Shown piece after piece: positions 44,336 through 53,763 of a stretch of 64,000 bases of DNA. Under the pieces are notes generated by a model, which worked only from the letters and a program-made list of their open reading frames with translations, searched no databases and had not been told where the DNA came from. Source of the stretch: Trypanosoma brucei (Eukaryota); assembly GCA_000002445.1 (NCBI GenBank), contig CP000069.1, positions 1,344,001 to 1,408,000 of the forward strand, read 5' to 3'. How positions within the stretch are numbered: the first letter of the stretch is position 1; every line of letters begins with the position of its first letter. The translations under genes were made by a program, and so were the position numbers.

Positions 44336-46184
44336 TAGCGGTAACCACATGACATCGGGGGATGCAGGGGGCACATTTGTGCCGCCATCGCGCCGGCAAG
44401 CCCCGCGTTGCCATAGTTAGCAGCAACATTTCATTTTCCGAGCACAATCTTTTCGTTTTGTGCTTAAGAGGCTTTTAATATTTATACGGAGCTCTCGCCA
44501 CCGCCAGACCATTCCTTTCCACGTGTTGCACACGCAGCGGGTATTGCGTTCTGTTGTGTTGTTGTGGTTTCGTGGAGCTTATGCAAGCGGGTTTACCGCC
44601 GGTGCGGCGGGCTAATGAAAAGGTGGAAGGCGGACGTGCACAATGAGGATGCGGAAGGTGGTAATTTTAAGGGACATACGTCAAATACCACGCCTCTGGA
44701 GATGGAAAAAATAATTTTCCCATCTCAATAACCATTTGGTTATATATAGTTATCTATCTATCTATATAAGTGTCGAAACTTTTTAAAATGATTTTTCTCT
44801 TTTATCTTTGACACCGCCACCGCCACCGCCACCCCTTCCTTTTTTTTCTATTTAGTGCTTTGTAACGGCCCCACTACTGTCACATGCTGAAGCTCTTGTA
44901 TGTTTTTGTGGTTCCTCTGTTTCCTACTGACATTCTTTTTTTTACATTTCTTTCATCGAGCAACTTGGAGGGGGAGAAGGAGCATGTGATAAGGCACCGG
45001 GTGGACTAAACGATATCCATGTGTAGTTGTGTGCTCACCCGCCTCGCACTGCAGTTTATTATTATTATTATTATTCAGCACTTCCTCATTTATTATTTTC
45101 CTTCATCAGCACTAGCGGTGTCAAGCCCACGTATTTCCAGCATTATCCCTTTGTTTTTTTTTAAACTGTCCCTCTTTTTTTGTTTTTTTTTCACTTTTCA
45201 CCCTTTTATCGCCCGCTGAGTTCTGTATGTCGGCGCAGTCAATAACTCAGCAGGTAATTTATTGCTGGAGGTGTGTGGTTACCTACTTTTGCTCATTTCC
45301 CTCCCGAATTCATTTTAATTCCATCTATTTGAATTGCTTTTCCGCTTACTTGTGTCTTTTCTTTAACCTTTTGTTATCATTTCTTTGTTGCCCCTCTCTA
45401 ACTTCTTTGCCTCTCTAATCCTCTAAAATTTGATTTGCAAACTACCCATCTGCTCGCGTTGCCACGGTTGGAAGATAACAGAAAGCAAATAGGAAAATAA
45501 AATAAAATATAGACACCAAGTAGGGAGAGGGAGGGGGAAAAGAAAAATTAGAAGAAAGCAAAAAAGGATATCTCGAAGAAACAACTTACTATATTGAGAG
45601 GGGTGGACCCCAACGAAATCCTTTTATTGATTAATTGGTAGGCAGTCTGTACAAAAGTCCAAGGGATAATACAATAGCAGAAAAATAACAACAATAATAA
45701 TAATTACAAAAGAACTGACAGTAAAGGTAAAATTTTCCCAGTAGTGTCCGCAGCGAACGGTTCTTCTCCACCCGTTGCCGATAGTTAAGTAGATCTTTTA
45801 GTTAAGTGATATATCTATATCTATATCTATATATATATTAAGTATAGAGAAGGAGAGCGTTAATAGGGAGAGCAAAGCGCATTACCAAAGACATTGAATT
45901 TTTACTCGACATTTAGGGGCAATTGCATTTTTGTTGTTTAACCACTGGTGTTGTTTTATAGTTGTGGTTCTCGCTGTTTTTTGCTTGGAGTCAACAGTCG
46001 CGGAGATATCCCCGTGGCGTTTGAAAATATTTGGCGGCGGGAGGACAAACAGGAACTTGACACGTGATATAAGTACATATAGAAACCTCCATTAGCATAC
46101 CAATCTATAAATTTATCCGTTGACGGCAGTGAAACGTGCCTCGGTATTATTTTAAATAGAGTGTGATCGTTTATTGGTAAGTAC

Positions 46185-48644
46185 ATGGACCATGAGGAAG
46201 TTCACGCTGGGGCAAGGACGGGGGCTGGAGGGGGTGAAGAGGATGAAATAACGGAGAATATGGAGTCGGGAACTTATGATGGGACGCAGCAGCAAGCGAA
46301 TTACGATCCCAATGAGCAACTGCAGTATTATTATGATCCCGTTGATGGGAACTACTATTACTATGCACCCCAATATGCAAATGAAGCTGATCCGGCTGGA
46401 GACGTAAATGAAAATGTTGGTAGGTCTGACAAGCGTGTCACTGCGCAAGAATTGGAGAATTGGGAACCAGTGCGCTACAACTGGTTTTCAGACACTGTTT
46501 TGAGCATATTTATGTCACTTGGGTATAAGTTATACCTGTGCATGTTGCTCTATTGTGCCATCATCCTACAATTGATGCTGTCACTCAACTGGACATTGCA
46601 GGTTCTCTATAGGTTTTACGCACCGCAGAGTGAGGGGGATCCGAGCACGTGGTCACCCGTGTGCTTCTTCACTGTTTTTATCCTTCTTAGTTTTTTCGTC
46701 GTCACTGCCCTTTGCACCTCCTGCGATATGCTGCACGGGGCTTGGCGTGCAAAACGCGAGGACATTTACTTTTGGGGAGCTACAACGTGGGCAGGCAAGT
46801 CACCCCCTGTCTGGTTACATTTCTTTGTCATCCTCCTCACCACTGGCTTTCCATTTCTTTGGGCTACTGTTGAGGCGGCGGTGGCAAAAGGCAGCTTTAC
46901 CTACTTTCTATGCATTTATGCTTTCATTGCCGTTGTAACCGTGGAGTTTATGATCGTTGGTTGTTACGTGTGGTTTTACTTCTTGGGGATTCGAGGAAAA
47001 ATAACGGCAATGAGATTGTACAGGGGCCGCGATGATTTCGAAACATGGGAAAGGGCGTCAAAGTACAGTTACAACAAACAACTGAAAAAGCGATGGTACC
47101 ATGCTTCAACTCTATTGGAAGAGTACGGCCTAGACGAAAAGACGCTGCGCAGCAATGCGCTTTCATTTACAATCGGCTATGTTCCGCTTTTTGCGGTGTA
47201 CACGGCGCAGGCGTTTAGCACCAACGTGGACTATCCAGAGATGACCTGGGCCGCAATTTGCACCGTCGCGCTATGTTGCGTGTACTTTTTAGCATGGTTC
47301 ACTGTGTTCCGTAAAAGGTCACACTGGTCTGTGTACTTTGCTATATTTCTAATTGTAACTTTAGTACTAACCGGTATTATTGCCGCCATTACGTGTAACC
47401 TCCCCGGTGCACTCGGGCTTATTATTGTGCTGTTTGTTCTGTCTCAATGTATGCTTGCACGTAAGAGGGAACACACACTCACGCGGGTTGAGCAGCGCAC
47501 GTTGTTTGGGATGACTGATACAACTGAGCAGGAAGACCCCATTCCCAACCGCCGTGTTGACATGCATTTGTGTTGCTGTGGGGATGTGTTGGCAAACTGT
47601 TTCCGCTGTTTAGGGGCAAGAGAGGCTATTGGTTACCGTCACCCGGATGTTGTACGTGTGGAGGAGCAGTACAACCGGGAAAATGTTTCCCTCAGAACTG
47701 ATCAACGATTACTTATGTGGTGGTGGATATTTGTGATGGCTGTCGTTGCTTCTATTATTGGCATTGGGAATCATATGGCGTATGATTACCGAACAGAGAT
47801 AGCGGCAGCAAACGGTGCTCCCATTGAAGGGAACAACACTGGGCTGTTTCTATGCCAGATCAGGTACAACAAAAATGGTTCGGCACCTTTGGGTTTGTAC
47901 GACTTGTCGCTTTTGAGTGCTCTTGCGTACACAGTAGGAGAACCAGGAGAGAGGGATTTCGCTACATGGTTTTCTTTCTTTCCCAACTTTGTGCGCATGT
48001 ACCCGCGTCAGTTGCCACCAAATTCTACATATGCCACTGATGGAATTGAGATACCCTTTTCGCATTATGTGGACATGACAAGCGACTATCACGTCTTTAC
48101 TCTCAATTCTAACTCTCGCGGGCTTTCTTTCATGCGAGACGTTGATGAGTGGGGCATCTCCATCACCTTGCAGTTGGCGAAGGTTTTCTCCCCCTTTGTT
48201 GGTATGTGGCCGGAAGGTTTCCAGCGTTCTTTTGTGCAGCGGGCCGCATTTTTGCAGAGTTGGTTTCCAGGTGTTGATGTTCTCGGTAGCATCTCCAAAT
48301 CCATCAGTCAACTGATCGACGATGGCAAGAAGGAGCGTATTCTTCTTGTTGGTGATGGTTTCAACGGTGGCTACGTGAAGTTATTGTCGACCATTCATGG
48401 AGTGCCGTTTGTTGCATTAAATGCTCCAGGTATAGGTCAAAAGGCTGCTTTGGGAACGGAGGGTACACAGGTGTTGTCACCCCGTTCACTTCTGTCTTAC
48501 GTGGATTCAATTGAGGACACCACACACACCATTTATATTCCTTGTGACTCCCGTCTTTCTTTGGTCCGGTGCAGTAAAATTGAAGCCACTGTTAACACCT
48601 TACGGGGACTGTGCGGTGATGTTCACGGAAGGATGCTGCACTAA
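46185..48644 (+). CDS. Polytopic membrane protein of 819 aa, at least 8 TM helices, with a C-terminal globular domain carrying a degenerate lipase-like G-x-x-x-G-G motif.
   Basis: The acidic N-terminus is followed by multiple 20-aa hydrophobic segments (LSIFMSLGYKLYLCMLLYCAIILQLML, VCFFTVFILLSFFVVTALC, VWLHFFVILLTTGFPFLWATV, FLCIYAFIAVVTVEFMIVGCYVWFYFLGI, and others). The C-terminal 350 aa include ERILLVGDGFNGGYVKLLSTIHGVPFVAL. Confidence 0.5.
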   Translation: MDHEEVHAGARTGAGGGEEDEITENMESGTYDGTQQQANYDPNEQLQYYYDPVDGNYYYYAPQYANEADPAGDVNENVGRSDKRVTAQELENWEPVRYNWFSDTVLSIFMSLGYKLYLCMLLYCAIILQLMLSLNWTLQVLYRFYAPQSEGDPSTWSPVCFFTVFILLSFFVVTALCTSCDMLHGAWRAKREDIYFWGATTWAGKSPPVWLHFFVILLTTGFPFLWATVEAAVAKGSFTYFLCIYAFIAVVTVEFMIVGCYVWFYFLGIRGKITAMRLYRGRDDFETWERASKYSYNKQLKKRWYHASTLLEEYGLDEKTLRSNALSFTIGYVPLFAVYTAQAFSTNVDYPEMTWAAICTVALCCVYFLAWFTVFRKRSHWSVYFAIFLIVTLVLTGIIAAITCNLPGALGLIIVLFVLSQCMLARKREHTLTRVEQRTLFGMTDTTEQEDPIPNRRVDMHLCCCGDVLANCFRCLGAREAIGYRHPDVVRVEEQYNRENVSLRTDQRLLMWWWIFVMAVVASIIGIGNHMAYDYRTEIAAANGAPIEGNNTGLFLCQIRYNKNGSAPLGLYDLSLLSALAYTVGEPGERDFATWFSFFPNFVRMYPRQLPPNSTYATDGIEIPFSHYVDMTSDYHVFTLNSNSRGLSFMRDVDEWGISITLQLAKVFSPFVGMWPEGFQRSFVQRAAFLQSWFPGVDVLGSISKSISQLIDDGKKERILLVGDGFNGGYVKLLSTIHGVPFVALNAPGIGQKAALGTEGTQVLSPRSLLSYVDSIEDTTHTIYIPCDSRLSLVRCSKIEATVNTLRGLCGDVHGRMLH

Positions 48645-49472
48645 GGACCCGCATGCGGCCGTATCGTTTACGTCTCGTTTGTTCTTTCTCACGTTTTTGT
48701 TTTTTAGGTTCTCCCTATTGTCTACCCATCGCTTTTGTTTTTTTTTTCCTTATCGTTTCTCTCTTCTCTGTAATTACAGATTTACGCTCCACTTTCGTAT
48801 TTTTGTTATTTATTTCTACTATTTATTGTTATCATTATTGACATTATTATTAATTTATATTTACTTAGTATGTCTGTGAAGAGAAGAGTTAGCCCATTTT
48901 TTGTGCATTTTTTTTTTACTGACTGTTCGCTACCGTGGTGTCATCAGGGATTCCGCAGCGCCTTTCTTTGTTCATTCATTCATCCCTTTGATGATGTTCG
49001 TATCGGTTTCGTTCTTTATAGACAAGAATTCGGAAATTTAGGGCTCCTTATGCTCTCTCGTTATAGAAGACCTCATTATTTGTGCGAGTTCGCTGTTTTT
49101 TTTTTTCTTTCCCCCTAGTTGGGCACCCTCAGTTTCATGCTCACTGTGCAGCTATCCATTTTTTTTTTTTAAATCAAGCTTAGGGATATGTGTGTATGTG
49201 TATGTAGGCACATGAAACTGTGGTTACCCTCCCACGCTCATCTCTCCCTCTTTTAGTTTCTTTACCAAATAAATCAGTTTCTCATGTATCGCGGTAATAG
49301 ATGTTTTATATTTGTTTCTGTGTTTTGTGTTTTTTCATAATTTTCTATATATATATATATTGTCCCGTCGTTCCGTCTCTACCCTTTCATCTGCTTTTTT
49401 TTTAAATTCTCTCCACCTTTCTTTGCACTTTAGAGTGATTTGTAATTGGAGGCAAAGCTGAAGAAAGGGGCA

Positions 49473-49691
49473 ATGATTCGACGGACAGTAGTGACGTCAG
49501 TACGGTACACACGAAAGTTTGCAGCGGCTGCTACTCGACCGAGCGCCAACATCGCGCAGAAAGTTTCCAAAGTTAATGGCGCAACAGGTGCTGACGGCGA
49601 CTCGATTGTCGACAAGTTGTTTGTGTTGGGTTGCGTGAGTGCCGTTTCAGCATGGGCCGTTTTTGGACCCGCTGTCCAATCACACCACTAA
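49473..49691 (+). CDS. Candidate small protein of 72 aa with an N-terminal presequence-like region and a C-terminal TM helix. Speculative.
   Basis: MIRRTVVTSVRYTRKFAAAATRPS is basic, hydroxylated and lacks acidic residues; LFVLGCVSAVSAWAVFGPAV is hydrophobic. A 50-nt pyrimidine tract at 49380-49430 ends in AG at 49431-49432, 41 nt upstream of the ATG, inside an otherwise 1.6-kb ORF-free gap. The track ORF starts at TTG 49446. Confidence 0.3.
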   Translation: MIRRTVVTSVRYTRKFAAAATRPSANIAQKVSKVNGATGADGDSIVDKLFVLGCVSAVSAWAVFGPAVQSHH

Positions 49692-50257
49692 ACTTATGGT
49701 GGAATGTAGGAATGTAATTAATTAGCACAGCTTCCCCTGGCTTGTTACTGCTATCAATGATTTACGATTTATATGTCTGCCTTTTTGTGGCTGTTATCGT
49801 TTTATCACAACTTCTTCTTAGGAAATCTTCTCTTTATACATGCCAGATGCGTGCATGTGACATGTGGAACGGGTAGAGGAGAAATGGGAGTATGGATTAT
49901 AGGTTTTTTCCCGTTTCTACAACTTTCTAGGTTGGTGGGAATTCCTTCCACCAAGTTTCAAACCGTCTCATAACTCTCTCCCCTTCCTTTGCCTATGGTT
50001 AAGTCACATTAACTACTTACACGGCAATGCTGTGCCTACAGTTTAACCCATTATCGTTGATGTTATCGTGGGTTCGATACAGGAGAAACCCCATGTAAAT
50101 ATATTTATATATCCTTCTCTGTCCACTCGTTTCCTTTTCTGTTTTTTTTTGCTCCGCGCATGCGTGTGTTTGGTGGTGGAAAACAAAACAAAAAAACACA
50201 AAAAGTATTGATTCTCCTGTTGCAGGTGGGATAGACAACTGTAGGAACGCGGCACCT

Positions 50258-52783
50258 ATGTTTAACGTAAGAACGCCGATGTCGCGCGATGGGCGAGTTC
50301 ATGGAAGATGCTCGCCTGTGCTTGAGCTTTCATCTCCCCACGGGTATACTCCTTCGCTTCAGGAACGGGTATCACCAACGGTTGCTCCAACCCCGTGTTT
50401 CCGCAGCGAGGGGTGCCGATCCCCAGCAGTTCAGGGATTCAGACCACCTCCTCCGATTATTAGTGTGGGGCAACTAATTTATCCGACAGACCGCGACTCG
50501 CCCGCGACTCCTGGACTAAACACTGCCATTCCCTCCTCTCCATCACCATTGGCTGAAGCACGTTTTGGGATTGCGAGCGCAGGGCACATCCACCGGCCCT
50601 CCGGTATCGCTCCCGTGGCGCGTAAACTATCGACACCGTGTGCAAACCCTGTTGCCGAGGCAAAGCCAGTGGCGCGGCCCTCGTTTAGTAGTGATTGTGG
50701 TCGCATCGTGGAGCACCGCGACCCAACAACACATGAGGTTATCTCAAGTTATCGCTGTCGCATGCTGCTGGGCGCAGGTGGTTTCGCACAGGTGTTTGAA
50801 TTTGAAGAGGTGTCTACAGGTATCAGTTACGCTTGCAAGGTGGTGGAAAGGAAGAACCTAGCGCGTGGCGGGTCTTCGGCGAGATTTCGCATGGAGGTCG
50901 ATATACACAGCAGGATGAATCACCCTAATATACTTCGCTTCATAAAGTCATTTCAAGATGAATTTTACCATTATATAATACTTGAACAATGCAGCCAGGA
51001 GAGTTTAATGGATCTTTCAAAGAAGCGCGGTGCTTTCAACTGTCAGGAGATACAGTACATCATGCGACAGATTGTGTCTGCGGTAGAGTATATGCACAAC
51101 AGCATGATTATTCACAGGGACCTGAAGTTGGGGAACGTCTTGATTGACTTCGAAGGGAATATGAAGCTCGGGGACTTTGGCTTTGCTAGCGAGTTCACTT
51201 CGCCGTTTGAAAAGAAAACAACGGTGTGTGGAACGCCAAACTATTTGGCTCCGGAAGTTCTTGCATGCAAATCAACTGGTGTGGGATATGGGTTGGAAGC
51301 GGATATCTGGAGCTTAGGGGTGCTTCTTTATGCCCTTGCCGTTGGGAAGCCGCCGTTTGAAGCAAAAGATATCAGCGCCACGTATCACAGAATTCGAAAA
51401 GTGGATTACTCTTTTCCGGAAGGTATATCGATTCCGGAACCTTGCAAAGACCTTATTCAGTGGATGCTCCAGGGCGACCCGCAGAAGCGACCGGTTCCGG
51501 TGCAAATATTGGCGCACAGTTTTCTGTGTTTGCCTCTTCCGCCACGCACAGCGCCAAAGTCTCTTGTGCCTGTTGACGGACAGGTGGGGGGGTCCCGAAG
51601 TGAAAGGTGTGGATCTCGTCGGATCTCGCCTCCACCCGTGCAGGCACCTGCAACCCGCTGCAGTAGTGGGGTCGACGGGCGTGCGGACCGCTTCGCCTTG
51701 ACGCAAAACCGTATGGGTCCAACCGACTGCGAGGATCGGGCAGTGCTCCAAGAGGCTGCGGGAGTAGAGAGGTGTGGGGACGAAGCTGCGTCTGCAACTG
51801 CAGGTGGCACATTGACCACTGAGAAAAGGAACACAATTAAGCCTCCACCGCCTACTGCAATGCTTCAGAGTTGCGTGTCTTGTAGCAAGTACGGGTTTGG
51901 GTTTCTTACCCTTCAGAATGGCTGCCGGTATCCGGAGGCTTTCCTGAATGATAAAACCAAATTGGTTTTCGATCGCAACACGGATACTGTACTCTATTAC
52001 GACCGGTCGCGGCTTCAGGCAGTGACGAGAGAGTCCAGGAACCATAGTCCACTCCTCAGCGAAGATTTGGCCAAAAGGGGGTTCTGTGACGAATTGGTTG
52101 TTTTTCGCAACGCTTCCCGCACTCTGGTGCGTCGGAGTGAAAACAAGGACGACGGCGACCGCATGGAGGCTGCAGCAGCAAAGAAACTTGCCATAATAAA
52201 GTTTTTTCTACCATGTCTAGAGTGCGGCACAAGGGACAAGCGAATGACGGTCCTAACGTGTGCCCTTAGGGGCTGGTCCCCTTCTTGGGGGACGGAACTG
52301 TTTGCTCCTTGTCGAACGGGTGGCGAGCGACCTGACGTCGTTTACGTAAAGGACGCAGTTGCTGGGACCCTACATGAGCTAACTAATGAGCATCAGGATG
52401 TTGACATGACACTTCTCGCTGCTCGCATGTCCGACTACTCCTTTCACGTTTCCATGCGTTGTGATGCGGCCCAACAATCCCTACACCGTCCTATATATGA
52501 TGGCGGGGAAGCTAATGTCACGGAGCAACAATGGAGTTTTGATGTTTTGGTGTACTCCGGTTTCCATGCGCTTATGGCATTCGAGGATAGAGGTACACGC
52601 TTCGCTATGTCCTTTGAGGATCTACGAAATCACACAGAGGCAACGATGGGTGGGAAGGTGTACTTTGCCGCTGGGTCTACAGTTTGCAGCAAGCACATAA
52701 CGATACCAACACCAACACTACAGGCAATAGGTGTGCTACTCCGAAGAGTTCGCTGCTGTGCAAATATTGTGGAGTGCTTTTAA
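50258..52783 (+). CDS. Polo-like kinase family protein with a ~155-aa N-terminal extension and a proline-rich linker before the polo-box domain.
   Basis: The kinase domain (aa ~160-420) has YRCRMLLGAGGFAQVFE, IHRDLKLGNVLI, GDFGFA, TVCGTPNYLAPEVL and GKPPFE with TYHRIRKVDYSFP, all diagnostic PLK-type features by comparison with human PLK1. The polo-box is SCVSCSKYGFGFLTLQNGCRYPEAFLNDKTKLVFDRNTDTVLYYDRS (compare PLK1 [39 protein letters not shown]), followed by a second polo-box-like repeat. Confidence 0.75.
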   Translation: MFNVRTPMSRDGRVHGRCSPVLELSSPHGYTPSLQERVSPTVAPTPCFRSEGCRSPAVQGFRPPPPIISVGQLIYPTDRDSPATPGLNTAIPSSPSPLAEARFGIASAGHIHRPSGIAPVARKLSTPCANPVAEAKPVARPSFSSDCGRIVEHRDPTTHEVISSYRCRMLLGAGGFAQVFEFEEVSTGISYACKVVERKNLARGGSSARFRMEVDIHSRMNHPNILRFIKSFQDEFYHYIILEQCSQESLMDLSKKRGAFNCQEIQYIMRQIVSAVEYMHNSMIIHRDLKLGNVLIDFEGNMKLGDFGFASEFTSPFEKKTTVCGTPNYLAPEVLACKSTGVGYGLEADIWSLGVLLYALAVGKPPFEAKDISATYHRIRKVDYSFPEGISIPEPCKDLIQWMLQGDPQKRPVPVQILAHSFLCLPLPPRTAPKSLVPVDGQVGGSRSERCGSRRISPPPVQAPATRCSSGVDGRADRFALTQNRMGPTDCEDRAVLQEAAGVERCGDEAASATAGGTLTTEKRNTIKPPPPTAMLQSCVSCSKYGFGFLTLQNGCRYPEAFLNDKTKLVFDRNTDTVLYYDRSRLQAVTRESRNHSPLLSEDLAKRGFCDELVVFRNASRTLVRRSENKDDGDRMEAAAAKKLAIIKFFLPCLECGTRDKRMTVLTCALRGWSPSWGTELFAPCRTGGERPDVVYVKDAVAGTLHELTNEHQDVDMTLLAARMSDYSFHVSMRCDAAQQSLHRPIYDGGEANVTEQQWSFDVLVYSGFHALMAFEDRGTRFAMSFEDLRNHTEATMGGKVYFAAGSTVCSKHITIPTPTLQAIGVLLRRVRCCANIVECF

Positions 52784-53731
52784 CGTATGTGTTTGTAATT
52801 ACACTTGTCCCCAAAAAGAATAGGTTTCAGCACAAGTCTGTTGGTTTGCCTGTGCACGTGTGTTGGGGAGGGAGGGGGGAGAGGGTGATAACTTAATGTG
52901 AAGGAGAGAGGATCGGAAAATAGGAGGAAAAACAAGTTTAGGTGTGTGGAAAAGCACCGAAGGGAGTGCCGTTATATATAGAGAGAGGAATGGCGTGCGG
53001 ACTTACTTTCGAATGCCGATTCTTCAGTAATTTGTTCAGAGCCAACACCCAAGTTTCAGATGTGTTACCATTGCAATGCATGGAGACACCTCTCATCCCC
53101 TCTCATTCTCTCTCTCTCACATCCCCCGTTTGTTATCATATTATTTTTGTCAGGATTCTGGCCTTCACTTTCCTTTTTGTTATTATTTTTTGTCTTTTAT
53201 TTTTCTGTTTTTAATCATTACGTGATTCATAGAACACCATATTATGCCTTGCAGATAGAGATCGACTGACACTCCCTCGTGGGCTTGTGAAGCATTTGAT
53301 ACGGTTTTTACTTTCCTTGTTTATAAATGTTGACCAACACTTCCTGCAGCGGTGGGTGGTGGCAGGCAGTGTGCAACCCCTGTTCGTGTGTATGACGGCG
53401 GTCTGCTGTCGAAATAAATACATTAATACTCTTATGCAACGTTAAAACCATTTGTGTTTCGGCTGTTTGTTCAATTTCAGGCACCTGCGATATTTTGGTT
53501 TTTGGAGTTAGTCATTTTCTTTCTCTCCTCTTTCTTTTTCGGATATATTGTATCGTGTTTGTGTATGTGTGTGTGTGCCTGCACCTGGTAACTTACATTC
53601 GCCATGACCAAGAAGAGTATTAAGAAAAGGCTGGGAAAAGAGATAAAAAGAAAAAAAAGTATAATACCAGCAGTGGAAGAGGAGGAGGAGTTCCACATTT
53701 AGCCAGCAGAGGTACCAATTCAGTAACTCCT

Positions 53732-53748
53732 TGTGTGTGTGTGTGTGT
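53732..53748. repeat. (TG)8 microsatellite in the 5' flank of the DDB1-like gene.
   Basis: ccttgtgtgtgtgtgtgtgtctgtttggg. Confidence 0.9.
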
Positions 53749-53763
53749 CTGTTTGGGAGGGGT

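Noticed and set aside
50060-50090. tRNA-like motif gtgggttcgatacagg resembling a T-arm (GGTTCGANTCC).
   Set aside because: No complementary T-stem 3' half, acceptor stem or anticodon arm can be built around it, and no A/B box spacing is present.
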